Both the position numbers and the translations under genes were made by a program. Source: Thermoplasmata archaeon (GTDB lineage: Archaea; Thermoplasmatota; Thermoplasmata; Lutacidiplasmatales; UBA184). Taken from it: 64,000 bases of DNA. The notes under the pieces were generated by a model that was not told where the DNA came from, searched no databases, and saw nothing but the letters and a program-made list of their open reading frames with translations. The stretch spans positions 32,565 through 96,564 of the forward strand of contig JAKBSJ010000003.1 in assembly GCA_021844945.1 (NCBI GenBank), in the 5' to 3' direction. Position 1 is the stretch's first letter, and every line of letters starts with the position of its first letter. Of this stretch, positions 27,309-37,179 are shown piece by piece.

Positions 27309-28475
27309 GTGCGACGACCGTTGACGCCGGCCCGGCTCGTCCGGAGCCCACCCCGACGATCCGGCATCGAGGCATGGAGCAACCTCACGGATCTCGAGGC
27401 TGCCGCCCGCGCGCGGCTCCCTATCGACGTCTGGGACTACATCTCGGGAGGGGCGGGCGAGGAGCGAACCCTCGCCGATAACGTCGAAGCGTTCCGCCAC
27501 TGGGCGATCCGCCCGCATGTGCTGACCGGCGCATCGGCGATCGACCTTTCAACGACCCTGCTCGGCGCGGACGTTCCCGTTCCATTCTTCGCCGCTCCCA
27601 CGGCGTATCTCGGCGGAATCCACCCTTCGGGCGAGGCAGCGATCGCTCGGGCGGCTGGGGCCCGGGGCATCCTCGCGGCGTTCAGCACGCTCTCTTCGCG
27701 TTCTATCGAGGAGATCGCGGCGGCATCGGGAGCGGGCCCCCGCTGGTTTCAGCTCTATCGGCAAGCCGCGCCCGAAGTAAGCCGGCGGCTCGTCGAGCGC
27801 GCGGAAGCGGCCGGCTACCGCGCGATCGTGCTCACGGCCGACGCTCCCGTGCTTGGCGTCCGGGATCGCCAGGCACGGACGGGTTTCGGGATCGATCCGA
27901 CGCCGCCACTCGGCAATGGACGGGACGTCCGCTCCCCGCCCCGGACTCTGGCGCCCGAAGCAGGAACCTTCCGAGTACCGGGCGAGAGCTCTGCAGGATT
28001 CGAGGCGATCGACGAAATCCGTTCGTGGACACGACTACCGGTCCTCGTCAAGGGAATCCTGACGGCCGAGGACGCTCGCCGGGCCCGCGAGCACGGGGCC
28101 TCCGGCGTCGTGGTCTCGAACCATGGGGGGCGACAACTCGACGGCGCGATCGCTGCCCTGGACGCACTCCCCGAGGTCGTCCGCGAGGTCGGGGAGCGAG
28201 TTGAAGTGTACCTGGACGGCGGGGTCCGCCGAGCCAGCGATATCCTCATCGCGCTCGCGCAGGGAGCCCGCGCTGTCGGGATCGGGCGACCGATCCTTTG
28301 GGCGCTGGCGGTCGGTGGCGCCGAGGGGGTGGGACGGTACCTCGATCTGCTGACCCGCGAGCTCGTTACCGCGATGGCGATCTGCGGTCGAGCGCGGATC
28401 TCCGAGGTCGACGCCACCCTGGTCGTCGAGCGGCCACCGTTTCGCTCGGGGGCCGGCAGCGCGCGGACCGGGTGA
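27309..28475 (+). CDS. FMN-dependent alpha-hydroxy acid dehydrogenase/oxidase family (lactate/glycolate oxidase-like)
   Basis: LTDLEAAARARLP...DYISGGA and SNHGGRQLDGAIA are the FMN TIM-barrel active-site motifs. There is no in-frame ATG, so a GTG at 27309 or a TTG at 27321 is inferred as the start; the ORF-track N-terminal extension overlaps the previous gene. Confidence 0.75.
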   Translation: MRRPLTPARLVRSPPRRSGIEAWSNLTDLEAAARARLPIDVWDYISGGAGEERTLADNVEAFRHWAIRPHVLTGASAIDLSTTLLGADVPVPFFAAPTAYLGGIHPSGEAAIARAAGARGILAAFSTLSSRSIEEIAAASGAGPRWFQLYRQAAPEVSRRLVERAEAAGYRAIVLTADAPVLGVRDRQARTGFGIDPTPPLGNGRDVRSPPRTLAPEAGTFRVPGESSAGFEAIDEIRSWTRLPVLVKGILTAEDARRAREHGASGVVVSNHGGRQLDGAIAALDALPEVVREVGERVEVYLDGGVRRASDILIALAQGARAVGIGRPILWALAVGGAEGVGRYLDLLTRELVTAMAICGRARISEVDATLVVERPPFRSGAGSARTG

Positions 28476-28534
28476 ACGAGCGCGGCCGCCCTCTTCGGGT
28501 GGAGAGAAAGCTAATTACGACCCGTCCCGGCCTC

Positions 28535-29008
28535 ATGGGGGTCGCGAACATCATGGCCCCGGCGACCGAGGTTTCGAACCCGCTCGAATTCGACCACTTG
28601 CCCGACACGTGGAACCCGCAGGCGTTCGTGCCGCGCCGTCCCGTGGGACTCGCCCTCTTCTGCGCGGCGATGGCGTTCGCCGCTGTCGTGGCTGTCGTCG
28701 CCTCAATCTTCTACTTCGTCGGGCACTACGCGCCGAGCTGGCTGCCGTTCGGCGGCGCGGTATCCGCAGCGGACGTCATTGCCGGGCTCAGCCCTCTGAC
28801 CGCGGCGCTGTTGCTCGTCCTCGCCGGAACGATCCTGGGGGTCGCAACGGCGCTCTGGCGCCAAGAGCCGTGGGCGCTGTACACGACCTACGCCGGGTTG
28901 ATCGGAGGGATGGCCTACCTGCTGGCTACGGGCACGTTCGTCGTCCTTCTCCTCGTTCTCGCCCTGGTGTTTCTCTACCTCGTCAGCATCCGGCATTACT
29001 TCTACTGA
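28535..29008 (+). CDS. Hypothetical polytopic membrane protein, about 157 aa
   Basis: Four hydrophobic segments are present. An internal ATG (MGVANIMAP) is chosen, because the 5' part of the 28298-29008 ORF overlaps the dehydrogenase gene. Confidence 0.45.
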   Translation: MGVANIMAPATEVSNPLEFDHLPDTWNPQAFVPRRPVGLALFCAAMAFAAVVAVVASIFYFVGHYAPSWLPFGGAVSAADVIAGLSPLTAALLLVLAGTILGVATALWRQEPWALYTTYAGLIGGMAYLLATGTFVVLLLVLALVFLYLVSIRHYFY

Positions 29009-29090
29009 CTTCGAACCGGCTCTCCGCGAGGGGCTGCTTCTTTCGGCTCGAACGTGGCCGTTATCAAGGACTACCGAGACCCCCCTCACC

Positions 29091-31115
29091 GTGGCACCGG
29101 CCCGAACGATCGCCGAGCAGCTCGCCTCCAAGCAACGCGAGATCAGCGTCGCGGAGTTCTTCGAGCGGAACCGCCAGATCTTGGGGTTTGATAACCCGCA
29201 GCGCGCGCTCCTGACGACGGTCAAGGAGGCCGTCGACAACAGCTTGGACGCCGCCGAAGAGGCGGGGGTCCTGCCGGAGCTGATGGTCGAGATCGCAAAG
29301 GATGCGGATTCGCCCGACCGCCTTCGGGTAGCGGTCACCGACAACGGACCCGGTATCCTTCGCCGGGAGGTCCCGAACGTCTTCGCGCGTCTCCTCTACG
29401 GATCGCGCTTCCACTCCAACCGGCAGGCCCGCGGGCAGCAGGGGATCGGCATCAGCGCCGCGGTCCTGTACGCCGCGCTCACGACGGCGCGCCCGGCCCG
29501 CATCACGACGAAGGTCGAGGAGGAAGACGCCGCGCACGTGCTCGAGCTCCTCATCGATACCCAGAAGAACGCGCCGCGGGTCACCCGTGAGGATGTGTTA
29601 ATCTGGGACCGGCCCCACGGCACCCGGATCGAGTTGGCCCTCAAAGCGAAATACATCCGCGGTCGGCAATCGCCGCTCGAGTACCTTCGCGGAACCGCGA
29701 TCGTGAACCCTCACGCGCGCATCGTCCTGGTCGAGCCCGACGGCACCCGGGTCACCTTCGAGCGGGCGGCGAACGAAATGCCCCGCATCCCGAAGGAGAC
29801 GCCCCCCCACCCCTACGGCCTCGAGCTCGGGGAGTTGGGCTACTTCCTCAAGGCATCCAAACGGCCCACGGTCTACGAACTACTTACTCGCGACTTCGAG
29901 GGCGTCAGCGCGCGGGCGGCCAAGGATGTGCTGGCTCGGTCCGGACTCAGTCCCGGCGTCACGCCGGGATCGATCCAGGGGCCGACCCAAGAGGCGCTGC
30001 TCGAGGCCTTGCACTCGGTGCCGCTCGTCGCTCCGTCCTCGGAGTGCCTCTCGCCGATCGGTCCGATGCTGATCAAACGAGGGCTGCGCAACGTCCTCGG
30101 CGACGTCCGACCGGAGTTCTTCGCGCCCCCCGTGAGCCGCCCTCCCAAGGTCCGCGGGGGCTTCCCGTTCCTGGTCGAGGTCGGGCTCGTCTACGGCGGT
30201 GGCCTGCCGGCCGACCAACCGATGCAGCTGCTCCGCTTCGCCAATCGCGTCCCGCTGCTCTTCCAGCAAGGCGCCTGCGCGATTACCGCGGCCGCCTCCA
30301 ACCTCGACTGGCGGCGCTACGGCCTCGAGCAGAAGGGGGGAAACGGCCTGCCGGTCGGGCCGGTTCTCGTCCTCGTCCACGTAGCGTCGACGAAAATCCC
30401 GTTCACGAGCGAGGCGAAGGAGGCCCTTGCCGAGGATCCGGACCTCGACAAGGAGCTCACGCTGGCGTTCCAGGCTGCGGCCCGGCATCTCAAGGTCCAC
30501 ATCTCCCGTCGCTCGCGCCGCTCGTTCGCCCAGGAGAAGTTCGAGATCATCCAGAAGATCCTCCCCCGCCTCGCGGAGAAGACGAGTCATCTGGTCGACC
30601 AGCCTATACCCGACCTCACCCCGGTGATCACCCGCATCATGGACGTGGTCAGCCTCGAGCTCCAGCTGACGAGCGAGGAGGGCCCGCGACGAGCCGTGTT
30701 GGAGGTCACGAACTATACCTCCCGTCCTCGGGTCCTCGAGATCTTCCTGGAGACCCCAACGGAGATCCTCGGAGCGAGTGCGTTCGCCCCGGTCCCCGAG
30801 GGGACGGACGTGGGGATGGGACGGGCGTGGTGGACGCTGCCGAAGCTGGGGCCGAACGAACGGGCCCAGATTGTGCTCACACTCTCGAAGGGGACGGACG
30901 TCGAAGCGAGCGACCTCGACTGGTACGTGGCGGGGGTGGACGAAGCGCACTTGCTCGGCGCGGACCCGTTGCCGGGAGACTGGGACGTCCGTCTGCCACG
31001 CGCGCTGATCGAGGCAGCGGAGACGGCAGTTCCCGCGGATCCGGATTCCGTCGAAGGGGAGGTGGACTACGATGCCGCGGAGAGCGAAGCGCACGTCGGC
31101 GACGACGACGGATGA
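29091..31115 (+). CDS. top6B: DNA topoisomerase VI subunit B
   Basis: The GHKL ATPase motifs are [18 protein letters not shown] and [10 protein letters not shown]. The [15 protein letters not shown]-terminus is typical of Top6B. Confidence 0.9.
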   Translation: MAPARTIAEQLASKQREISVAEFFERNRQILGFDNPQRALLTTVKEAVDNSLDAAEEAGVLPELMVEIAKDADSPDRLRVAVTDNGPGILRREVPNVFARLLYGSRFHSNRQARGQQGIGISAAVLYAALTTARPARITTKVEEEDAAHVLELLIDTQKNAPRVTREDVLIWDRPHGTRIELALKAKYIRGRQSPLEYLRGTAIVNPHARIVLVEPDGTRVTFERAANEMPRIPKETPPHPYGLELGELGYFLKASKRPTVYELLTRDFEGVSARAAKDVLARSGLSPGVTPGSIQGPTQEALLEALHSVPLVAPSSECLSPIGPMLIKRGLRNVLGDVRPEFFAPPVSRPPKVRGGFPFLVEVGLVYGGGLPADQPMQLLRFANRVPLLFQQGACAITAAASNLDWRRYGLEQKGGNGLPVGPVLVLVHVASTKIPFTSEAKEALAEDPDLDKELTLAFQAAARHLKVHISRRSRRSFAQEKFEIIQKILPRLAEKTSHLVDQPIPDLTPVITRIMDVVSLELQLTSEEGPRRAVLEVTNYTSRPRVLEIFLETPTEILGASAFAPVPEGTDVGMGRAWWTLPKLGPNERAQIVLTLSKGTDVEASDLDWYVAGVDEAHLLGADPLPGDWDVRLPRALIEAAETAVPADPDSVEGEVDYDAAESEAHVGDDDG

Positions 31116-32205
31116 GCCGAAGATCCGGGCCGATGCCCTTCGGCCTACGCTGGATCTCGCACAGCAGATCTACGGGCAGCTCTCCCTCGGGGAGATCCCC
31201 CGCATGCGCCTGCCGCTCCGCACGAAACAGAACATTGCCTTCCAGATGCGGGAGGGGGTATGGAGGCTCGGCAAGGCGATGGGCACGCGCAGCGCACGCA
31301 AGCTCGATGGCGCGCTCATGCTCCTGCGCACGTTCTACCTGGTCGATTTCATCAACGAGATGGCCCGCGACAACAAGACCTCCACGCTGCGAGAGCTCTA
31401 CTACATCAGCGAGGGTTGGCAGGAGGGCAAGTTCCACAGCGAAGACGAGTCGAACCTCCTCGTGGAGGACCTGGAGGTCCTGTGCGAGCGGCTGCGGGAG
31501 GACTTCCGCCTCCACCCCGAGGAGAACGGCGCCTCGGTGATCGGCGACCTGACCATCCGGGAGCGCAACCGCAAGGGGCTGGTGAAGAAGATCAACTGCC
31601 GCGACGATGTCGGCGACGGCGGCTACGCGCTCCCTTCCAACGTCGAGAAGGAGAAGATCGAGTTCGTCAGTTCCGGGGCGAAGTTCATCGTGGCGATCGA
31701 GTGCGGCGGCATGGTGGACCGCCTCGCCGAAAACGGGTTCGACGAGCGCCATCGGGCGCTCCTGATCCATCTCAAGGGCCAGCCGGCCCGGTCGACCCGA
31801 CGGTTCCTCAAGCGCCTGAACGAAGAACTGCACCTGCCCGTCGTCGTCTTCACGGACGGGGATCCCTGGTCCTTCCGCATCTTCGCGAGCGTGGCCTACG
31901 GAGCGATCAAGACCGCCCACATCTCCCAGTACCTCGCGACCCCGAGCGCCGAGTTCCTCGGCGTGACCGCATCCGACATCGAGAACTACGAGCTCCCCAG
32001 CGACCGGCTCACGGACCAGGACGTCCGGGCGCTACAGGCCGAGCTCACCGACCCGCGCTTCTCCACCGCCGACTGGCGCTCGGAGATCGACCTCATGCTC
32101 AAGAACGGCAAGAAAGCGGAACAGCAGTCGCTCGCGAAGTACGGCCTCAATTACGTGACCGACCACTACCTACCCGAGAAGCTAACCGAGATGGGCGTTC
32201 TGTAG
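31072..32205 (+). CDS. top6A: DNA topoisomerase VI subunit A (Spo11 homologue)
   Basis: [12 protein letters not shown] places the catalytic Tyr in the winged-helix region. The Toprim domain carries [14 protein letters not shown]...[13 protein letters not shown]. The ATG at 31072 overlaps the top6B 3' end by 44 nt. Confidence 0.9.
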   Translation: MPRRAKRTSATTTDEPKIRADALRPTLDLAQQIYGQLSLGEIPRMRLPLRTKQNIAFQMREGVWRLGKAMGTRSARKLDGALMLLRTFYLVDFINEMARDNKTSTLRELYYISEGWQEGKFHSEDESNLLVEDLEVLCERLREDFRLHPEENGASVIGDLTIRERNRKGLVKKINCRDDVGDGGYALPSNVEKEKIEFVSSGAKFIVAIECGGMVDRLAENGFDERHRALLIHLKGQPARSTRRFLKRLNEELHLPVVVFTDGDPWSFRIFASVAYGAIKTAHISQYLATPSAEFLGVTASDIENYELPSDRLTDQDVRALQAELTDPRFSTADWRSEIDLMLKNGKKAEQQSLAKYGLNYVTDHYLPEKLTEMGVL

Positions 32206-32218
32206 GCGACGGCCCACC

Positions 32219-32977
32219 GTGACGGACACCGGGCGATGGCGCACCCTGGTCGCGCCAGCCCAGAGTTCGGAGCGCGGCGCCCTCGCTTCCTTCCTCGTGG
32301 GATTCGTCTTGGAGGCGGCGTCGGAGGTCTACCAGCTCACCACGGACGCAGGGTCCGCGCTCGGCTCCCCGGTGGGCTACTACCTGAGCCTGGCCTTCAC
32401 CGTCCTCGGCTTCTACTTCTTCTGGCGCGGCACGTTTACGTGGGCTCGCCTGCCGAGTCACCCGGACGACTCGCTCGCGCGACGGCCGGCGTGGGTCGGT
32501 GGCGCGCTGCTGGTCGGTGGGATCGTGGCGGTGGCGCTCTGGAATGTCGCTGCTCGGACGGTGGGCCACGGCAACACCCCGGCTCCGTTCGCCTGGATCG
32601 TCGGCGGCGTGTTCGCATGGGCGGTCGGATCGTTCTTCCTGGCCCTTCGGGACCGCATCGCGGCACGGCATGGCAGCGCCGTCGCCCTGGCGGGATGGGC
32701 GGCGTTCGCCGGATCGCTCGCCATCGCGGTCGTCTCCGGCCTTCTCCTCGGCCAGGTCTTCTTCGGACTCGTCGTCGATTTCTTCACGAACTGGGCAGCG
32801 CTCATCGAGGCGTTGGGTCCGTTCGTTGCGGCGGTTTCTCCGTTGTGTGTTCCGTTCACGCTGATCGCGGTCGTCTACGCCATCGGACTTCGGTCTGCTT
32901 CGTCCCGGACCGAGACCCTTCGTCCCCGCCGGCCCCGCCCCCAGAGCCATACGGGGTCCGGTGCCACCGGTTCTTAG
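32219..32977 (+). CDS. Hypothetical polytopic membrane protein, 252 aa
   Basis: It has 6-7 hydrophobic segments, with Trp/Gly-rich helices. It lies directly upstream of the radical-SAM gene. The competing frame (32236-) is arginine-rich junk until 33025. Confidence 0.5.
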   Translation: MTDTGRWRTLVAPAQSSERGALASFLVGFVLEAASEVYQLTTDAGSALGSPVGYYLSLAFTVLGFYFFWRGTFTWARLPSHPDDSLARRPAWVGGALLVGGIVAVALWNVAARTVGHGNTPAPFAWIVGGVFAWAVGSFFLALRDRIAARHGSAVALAGWAAFAGSLAIAVVSGLLLGQVFFGLVVDFFTNWAALIEALGPFVAAVSPLCVPFTLIAVVYAIGLRSASSRTETLRPRRPRPQSHTGSGATGS

Positions 32978-33024
32978 GTCGAAGGTTGGGTGGACGACCC
33001 GGGCCCGCGTCACCTACGGTTGAC

Positions 33025-34176
33025 ATGCGATTTATGCTGGGAGGATCCGACCACGGATCCATGTCCCGCGCGGCGTCCCCGGCGATCTACCACGGACGCA
33101 CAGGTAACGTTGCCCGGTACGTCGGTCTTTTCTCCAGCATGGTCCGTTCTCGCTTCGTCACGGGTCGGCCCTTCTTCCTCGCCCACGCGACGACCTTCGG
33201 TTGCAACTCTCACTGCCAGACGTGCTCGTACTGGAAGCTCACGCCCCGGATGAAAGAGGACCTTCCCACGGCCGAGGTTTTCTCGCTACTCGACGAAGCC
33301 TACGCGGCGGGCATGCGAGGGTACTATCAATTCGGGGGGGAGCCGCTAATCCGCAAGGACGTGGGTACGGTCATCGACTATGCCCGGGCCAAGGGATTCT
33401 ACACGGCGATCAACACCAACGGCTCGATGCTCGCCGCGAAGGCGGAGGCCCTCGGGAGCCTGGACGTGGCGTTCGTCTCCCTCGACTACTTCGACGCCTA
33501 CCACGACGTGATCCGGGGAAGGCCCGGGAACTTCGACGAGGTGATCCGGGGGATCGACCGGCTCCGGGCCCTCACCGCAGCGAAGGTGACCTTGGTGACG
33601 ACCATCAGCTCGCTCAACCCGGGGGCAATGGAGCGCACTGCTCAGCTCGCGAAGGACCTCGGAGTGGGGATTGCTTTCAACTCGATCGAGCCGACGCTCG
33701 ACTTTGGTCTAACGGACAGCGACCAGTCGCCCAACCTCAAGTTCCAACTCTCCCCCGAGCAGCTCCACCAATTCTACGTCACGGCCCTGCGGCTGAAGCG
33801 AGAGGGCTACCCGCTGATGGAGACCGAAGAAGTGCTCGAGGGGTACGTGGCGGATCGACCATGGAAGTGCGAGTTCCCGAAGATGTTCGTCTACGTGACG
33901 CCGGACAAGAAGATCTACAGCTGCGACTACCGCTTCGGCTACGATCTGAAGACCGGGTCGTTCGAAGAGTACTTTTCGAGCGAGATGTTCCGATCGCACG
34001 TCCGGAGCGCCGAAGCGTGCAACCGATGCGTGCGCACCTGCGTCCGCAACTACGCGTATACCTACGAGCTACGCCCCCGACACCTCCTGCACCTTGCTCA
34101 GAACGCGGCCGGACTCTATCGCCCGGGGACTACGGCAGCGCCGAGACGTCCCGCGGAGGCCGGCGCGCCGAGCTGA
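33025..34176 (+). CDS. Radical SAM / SPASM-domain protein, about 383 aa
   Basis: The CxxxCxxC cluster is FGCNSHCQTCSYW. GGEPLI is the SAM-binding motif. C-terminal extra cysteines (CEFPKMF...YSCDY...CNRCVRTCV) are consistent with a SPASM/twitch auxiliary cluster. The start is at MRFMLGG. Confidence 0.8.
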   Translation: MRFMLGGSDHGSMSRAASPAIYHGRTGNVARYVGLFSSMVRSRFVTGRPFFLAHATTFGCNSHCQTCSYWKLTPRMKEDLPTAEVFSLLDEAYAAGMRGYYQFGGEPLIRKDVGTVIDYARAKGFYTAINTNGSMLAAKAEALGSLDVAFVSLDYFDAYHDVIRGRPGNFDEVIRGIDRLRALTAAKVTLVTTISSLNPGAMERTAQLAKDLGVGIAFNSIEPTLDFGLTDSDQSPNLKFQLSPEQLHQFYVTALRLKREGYPLMETEEVLEGYVADRPWKCEFPKMFVYVTPDKKIYSCDYRFGYDLKTGSFEEYFSSEMFRSHVRSAEACNRCVRTCVRNYAYTYELRPRHLLHLAQNAAGLYRPGTTAAPRRPAEAGAPS

Positions 34177-34190
34177 GTCGGGCCGGCTCC

Positions 34191-34595
34191 TCAGAGTGAG
34201 GCGAGCTGGACCGAGGCGAACCGTGCGGCCCGGTCCGTCGGGAAGTACGCGAACGCGTGGTCACCGGTGCTCACGCGCGTCCAGTCGAAACCCTGCTCCT
34301 TGAACTGCGTCGGCTCGGCGGCGGACTCCTGCGCCTCCCGGGGGATCCGCGGCGGGAGCGACTCTCCTTCACGGGCCAGGCGGAGGAGGTCGAGCTCAGG
34401 GTCGTAGGCGATCCACTCTCGCGGAGCGTACACGCGCAGGTGGACGAGCTTCGGCCGAAGCTGGCTCTCCGTCTCCGTCTCGGTCCTCGTGAAGACGGCG
34501 TACTCCTCCGAATCCACCGCGACGATATGATCGAACTGGAAGGACTTCTGGCGAAACTCAAGCAGGTTCATCTGCAGGTCGCCCTCCTCGAGCAT
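34191..34595 (-). CDS. Hypothetical protein, 134 aa
   Basis: The ORF is convergent with the radical-SAM gene, 15 nt apart. Its composition is not arginine-biased, unlike typical antisense ORFs here. No motif is recognised. Confidence 0.35.
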   Translation of the reverse strand: MLEEGDLQMNLLEFRQKSFQFDHIVAVDSEEYAVFTRTETETESQLRPKLVHLRVYAPREWIAYDPELDLLRLAREGESLPPRIPREAQESAAEPTQFKEQGFDWTRVSTGDHAFAYFPTDRAARFASVQLASL

Positions 34596-34754
34596 TCCCG
34601 GGCCGAGTCGAGCGCGCTACATAACGGCCGGCGGTGGTCGCGATGGCCGACCTCTCGCCGAGGGGAGCCCTAATAAACCGATGAAATTACCCCCGCTCAC
34701 TCGGGACCGGTCTGAATGAAACGTTCCTCACGGGTATGGAAGAAAGCCGGCCAC

Positions 34755-34823
34755 ATGCGATGGAAGTGGCGCAAGAAGCGGATGCGCCGACGCATGCGAG
34801 CCCAGAAGATGAGGAAGCAGTAA
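34755..34823 (+). CDS. rpl41e: 50S ribosomal protein L41e (22 aa; not in ORF track)
   Basis: ATG at 34755 gives MRWKWRKKRMRRRMRAQKMRKQ, followed by TAA. The extremely basic R/K-rich 22-mer matches the L41e family pattern (MxxKWxKKRMRRLKRKRRKMRxRSK). An AT-rich CTAATAAAC lies about 85 nt upstream of the ATG. The track lists only a different frame (34736-34957). Confidence 0.6.
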   Translation: MRWKWRKKRMRRRMRAQKMRKQ

Positions 34824-34882
34824 GCGCGCGACCTAAAGGGTCTCGGCCGCGCACCGCCCGGTGCGGAAAGCGCGAGAGGGCT

Positions 34883-35110
34883 CTACCGGCCGAGCCGGGC
34901 GAGATCCCGGGACTCCTTGGTGCCCTTCTTCCACTGCTTGTAATGCGCCCGGCATAGCGGAGCCCGGCGCCCCTGGTCGGGGAGGAGCGGGAAGGCTCTC
35001 TTCGCCTCCGATAGCGCGAGGTGACGCACGGAGTCACCGCCGCACCCGGGGACGATGCACGGCTCCGGGGTCGCCGTTCGATGGGAGGGGCGTGTCGGAT
35101 CCGGCGTCAT
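34883..35110 (-). CDS. Small Cys/His zinc-finger-like protein, 75 aa (candidate)
   Basis: Its ATG overlaps the sucD stop (ATGA coupling). The sequence contains C-x4-C (CIVPGC) and C-x2-H (CRAHYKQWKK) pairs. It is part of a longer arginine-rich ORF, so it could be spurious. Confidence 0.3.
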   Translation of the reverse strand: MTPDPTRPSHRTATPEPCIVPGCGGDSVRHLALSEAKRAFPLLPDQGRRAPLCRAHYKQWKKGTKESRDLARLGR

Positions 35111-35994
35111 CGGTGTGCCTTTTCCTTCAGGACGTCGGCGACCAGCTGGGGCATCTCGTACGGGAAGCGTCCTACGCGCACGCCCGCGCCCTCCAGAGCG
35201 GTCTGCTTGGACTGAGCCGTCCCTCGTCCGCGGGTGATGATGGCCCCGGCATGTCCCATGCGCTTGTCCGGCGGGGCCGCCCGACCGGCGATGTAGGCGA
35301 CGACGGGTTTGGTGAAGTGATGGCGGATGTAGTCCGCGGCATCCTCTTCCGCCGTCCCGCCGATCTCGCCCACCATGACGACCAAATCGGTGTCCGGGTC
35401 CTTCTCGAACAGTTCCAGCCCGTCGACGAAGGACGTCCCGACGACGGGGTCGCCGCCGAGCCCGATGCAGGTCGACTGGCCCAGACCGATCTCCCGGATG
35501 CCATTCACGATCTCGTAGGTGAGCGTGCCGCTCCGAGAGATCACGCCGACCCGCCCGGGTCGGAAGACCACGTTCGGGATGATTCCGACCTTGCTCGGGG
35601 CGCCCGGCGCCGCGATGCCGGGGCAGTTCGGTCCGATGATCCGGGCTCCGCGGGCCCGGGCGTAATGGTACATGACCAGCATGTCGTGGAAGGGGATGTG
35701 TTCCGTCACGACCACGCTGAGACGGATCCCGGCGTCGACGGCCTCGATCAGGGCATCCTTGGCGAACGGGGCGGGCACGAAGATGCACGAGGCGTTGGCC
35801 TGCTTGCGGTCCACCGCCTCCTGGACGCTGTCGTAGACGGGAGTTTCCTCTACGGTGGTACCCCCCTTTCCCGGTGTGACGCCCGCCACGACCTTCGAAC
35901 CAAACAGTTTCATCTGATGCGTGTGGACCGTCCCTTGATGACCGGTGATGCCCTGGACCACGACTCGCGTGTCCGCGTCGATCAAGACCGTCAT
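35107..35994 (-). CDS. sucD: Succinyl-CoA synthetase alpha subunit
   Basis: [12 protein letters not shown] is the CoA-binding motif. SRSGTLTYE is present. GHAGAII contains the phospho-histidine. The start is at [12 protein letters not shown]; the 504-aa ORF extension is rejected. Confidence 0.9.
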   Translation of the reverse strand: MTVLIDADTRVVVQGITGHQGTVHTHQMKLFGSKVVAGVTPGKGGTTVEETPVYDSVQEAVDRKQANASCIFVPAPFAKDALIEAVDAGIRLSVVVTEHIPFHDMLVMYHYARARGARIIGPNCPGIAAPGAPSKVGIIPNVVFRPGRVGVISRSGTLTYEIVNGIREIGLGQSTCIGLGGDPVVGTSFVDGLELFEKDPDTDLVVMVGEIGGTAEEDAADYIRHHFTKPVVAYIAGRAAPPDKRMGHAGAIITRGRGTAQSKQTALEGAGVRVGRFPYEMPQLVADVLKEKAHR

Positions 35995-37148
35995 GCGGTA
36001 CGCCCCTGCGCAGCGACGGCGCGAGTCGCGGCGGCGCGGACGGCGGCCTCGGCCGAGGCTTTCAGATCGGGGATCGAGGTAATGCCGGCCGCGCGGAGGA
36101 TCTCGACTCCTTCGCTTTCGTTGTTGCCGCGAATGCGTGCGACCAACGGAAAGCGATCCTGAGCCGGAAGCTTCTCCATGGCGTTCACGAGTCCCTTCGC
36201 CACGGTATCGCACCGAGTAACGCCACCGAAGATGTTCAGGAATACGGCGGTCGGTTTGGCCTTCGCCATCAAAAGGAACGCCTCGGCCACCTTCGCCGGA
36301 TCGTCGGTGCCTCCCAAGTCCAGGAAGACCCCGGGTCGTCCGCCGAACTGCATGAGCACGTCGAGCGTGGCCATCGTCAGGCCGGCTCCGTTGGCGATCA
36401 CACCGATGTTCCCATCCAGCTGGACGAATGCGATCTCCTTCTCCCGAGCGATCTCCTCCAGCGGAGTCCGGTCGTCCCGGACCTCCGCGTACTCGGGATG
36501 GCGGAACGTCGCATCGTCCTCGATGATCACCTTCGCATCGAGCGCGATGACGCGGTCCCCGACGACGGCGAGCGGATTGATCTCGACGAGCTCCGCGTCC
36601 TCTCCATTGAAAGCGGCCCACAGGGAGTCCAGGAGGGGACCGAGCGACTTCGCCGGACCACCAGTCAAACCGAGGAAGGCGGCCGCACGCCGCTTCTCAT
36701 ATTGCGCGAGTCCGGCGAACGGGTGGATGGGTTGGCGCAGGATCTGCTCGTCCGGTACCGACTCGATCTCGACGCCTCCCTTCGCGCTGGCCAGGAGGAT
36801 GGGCAGACGAAGGGTGCGATCGAGGGTAAGCGAGACATAGAGCTCGCGGTCGATCGCGACCTTCCCCTCGAGCAGGATCTCCTTCACCTTCTCTCCTTTG
36901 AACTCGAGGCCCAAGATCGCGGCCGCCGCGGCGCGGACCTCCTCGTCGTTCGACGCGAATCGGACCGCACCTCCCTTCCCTCGGCCACCGGCGAGTACCT
37001 GGGCCTTTATCACGCACGGCAGAGGCACCTTTCCCTCAGACACCAAGGACGTCGCCTCCTCGGCCGAACGGGCCACATGGCCCTGGGGCAGCGCGATGCC
37101 GTACTTTCGGAAAATCTCCTTTCCCCGCCACTCTGCGAGCTTGACCAT
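35991..37148 (-). CDS. sucC: Succinyl-CoA synthetase beta subunit
   Basis: The ATP-grasp N-domain is MVKLAEWRGKEIFRKYGIALPQG...CVIKAQVLAGGRGKGG. NPL is present in the C-terminal CoA-ligase domain. The gene is coupled to sucD. Confidence 0.9.
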   Translation of the reverse strand: MVKLAEWRGKEIFRKYGIALPQGHVARSAEEATSLVSEGKVPLPCVIKAQVLAGGRGKGGAVRFASNDEEVRAAAAAILGLEFKGEKVKEILLEGKVAIDRELYVSLTLDRTLRLPILLASAKGGVEIESVPDEQILRQPIHPFAGLAQYEKRRAAAFLGLTGGPAKSLGPLLDSLWAAFNGEDAELVEINPLAVVGDRVIALDAKVIIEDDATFRHPEYAEVRDDRTPLEEIAREKEIAFVQLDGNIGVIANGAGLTMATLDVLMQFGGRPGVFLDLGGTDDPAKVAEAFLLMAKAKPTAVFLNIFGGVTRCDTVAKGLVNAMEKLPAQDRFPLVARIRGNNESEGVEILRAAGITSIPDLKASAEAAVRAAATRAVAAQGRTA

Positions 37149-37179
37149 AGAGATCCAGCGGCCGCAGACGCTGTGTCAC

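Noticed and set aside
32236-33024. N-terminal part of the 646-aa ORF preceding the radical-SAM domain
   Set aside because: It is arginine/glycine-rich and in an alternative frame of the hydrophobic membrane-protein gene 32219-32977. The rSAM start is placed at 33025.
34861-36162. 433-aa plus-strand ORF
   Set aside because: It is antisense to sucD/sucC, with a typical GC-rich-frame composition (R, G, D-rich) and no domain.
35107-36621. 504-aa minus-strand ORF
   Set aside because: It is an N-terminal extension of sucD reading antisense through sucC-frame DNA. The true sucD starts at [12 protein letters not shown] (35994), ATGA-coupled to sucC.
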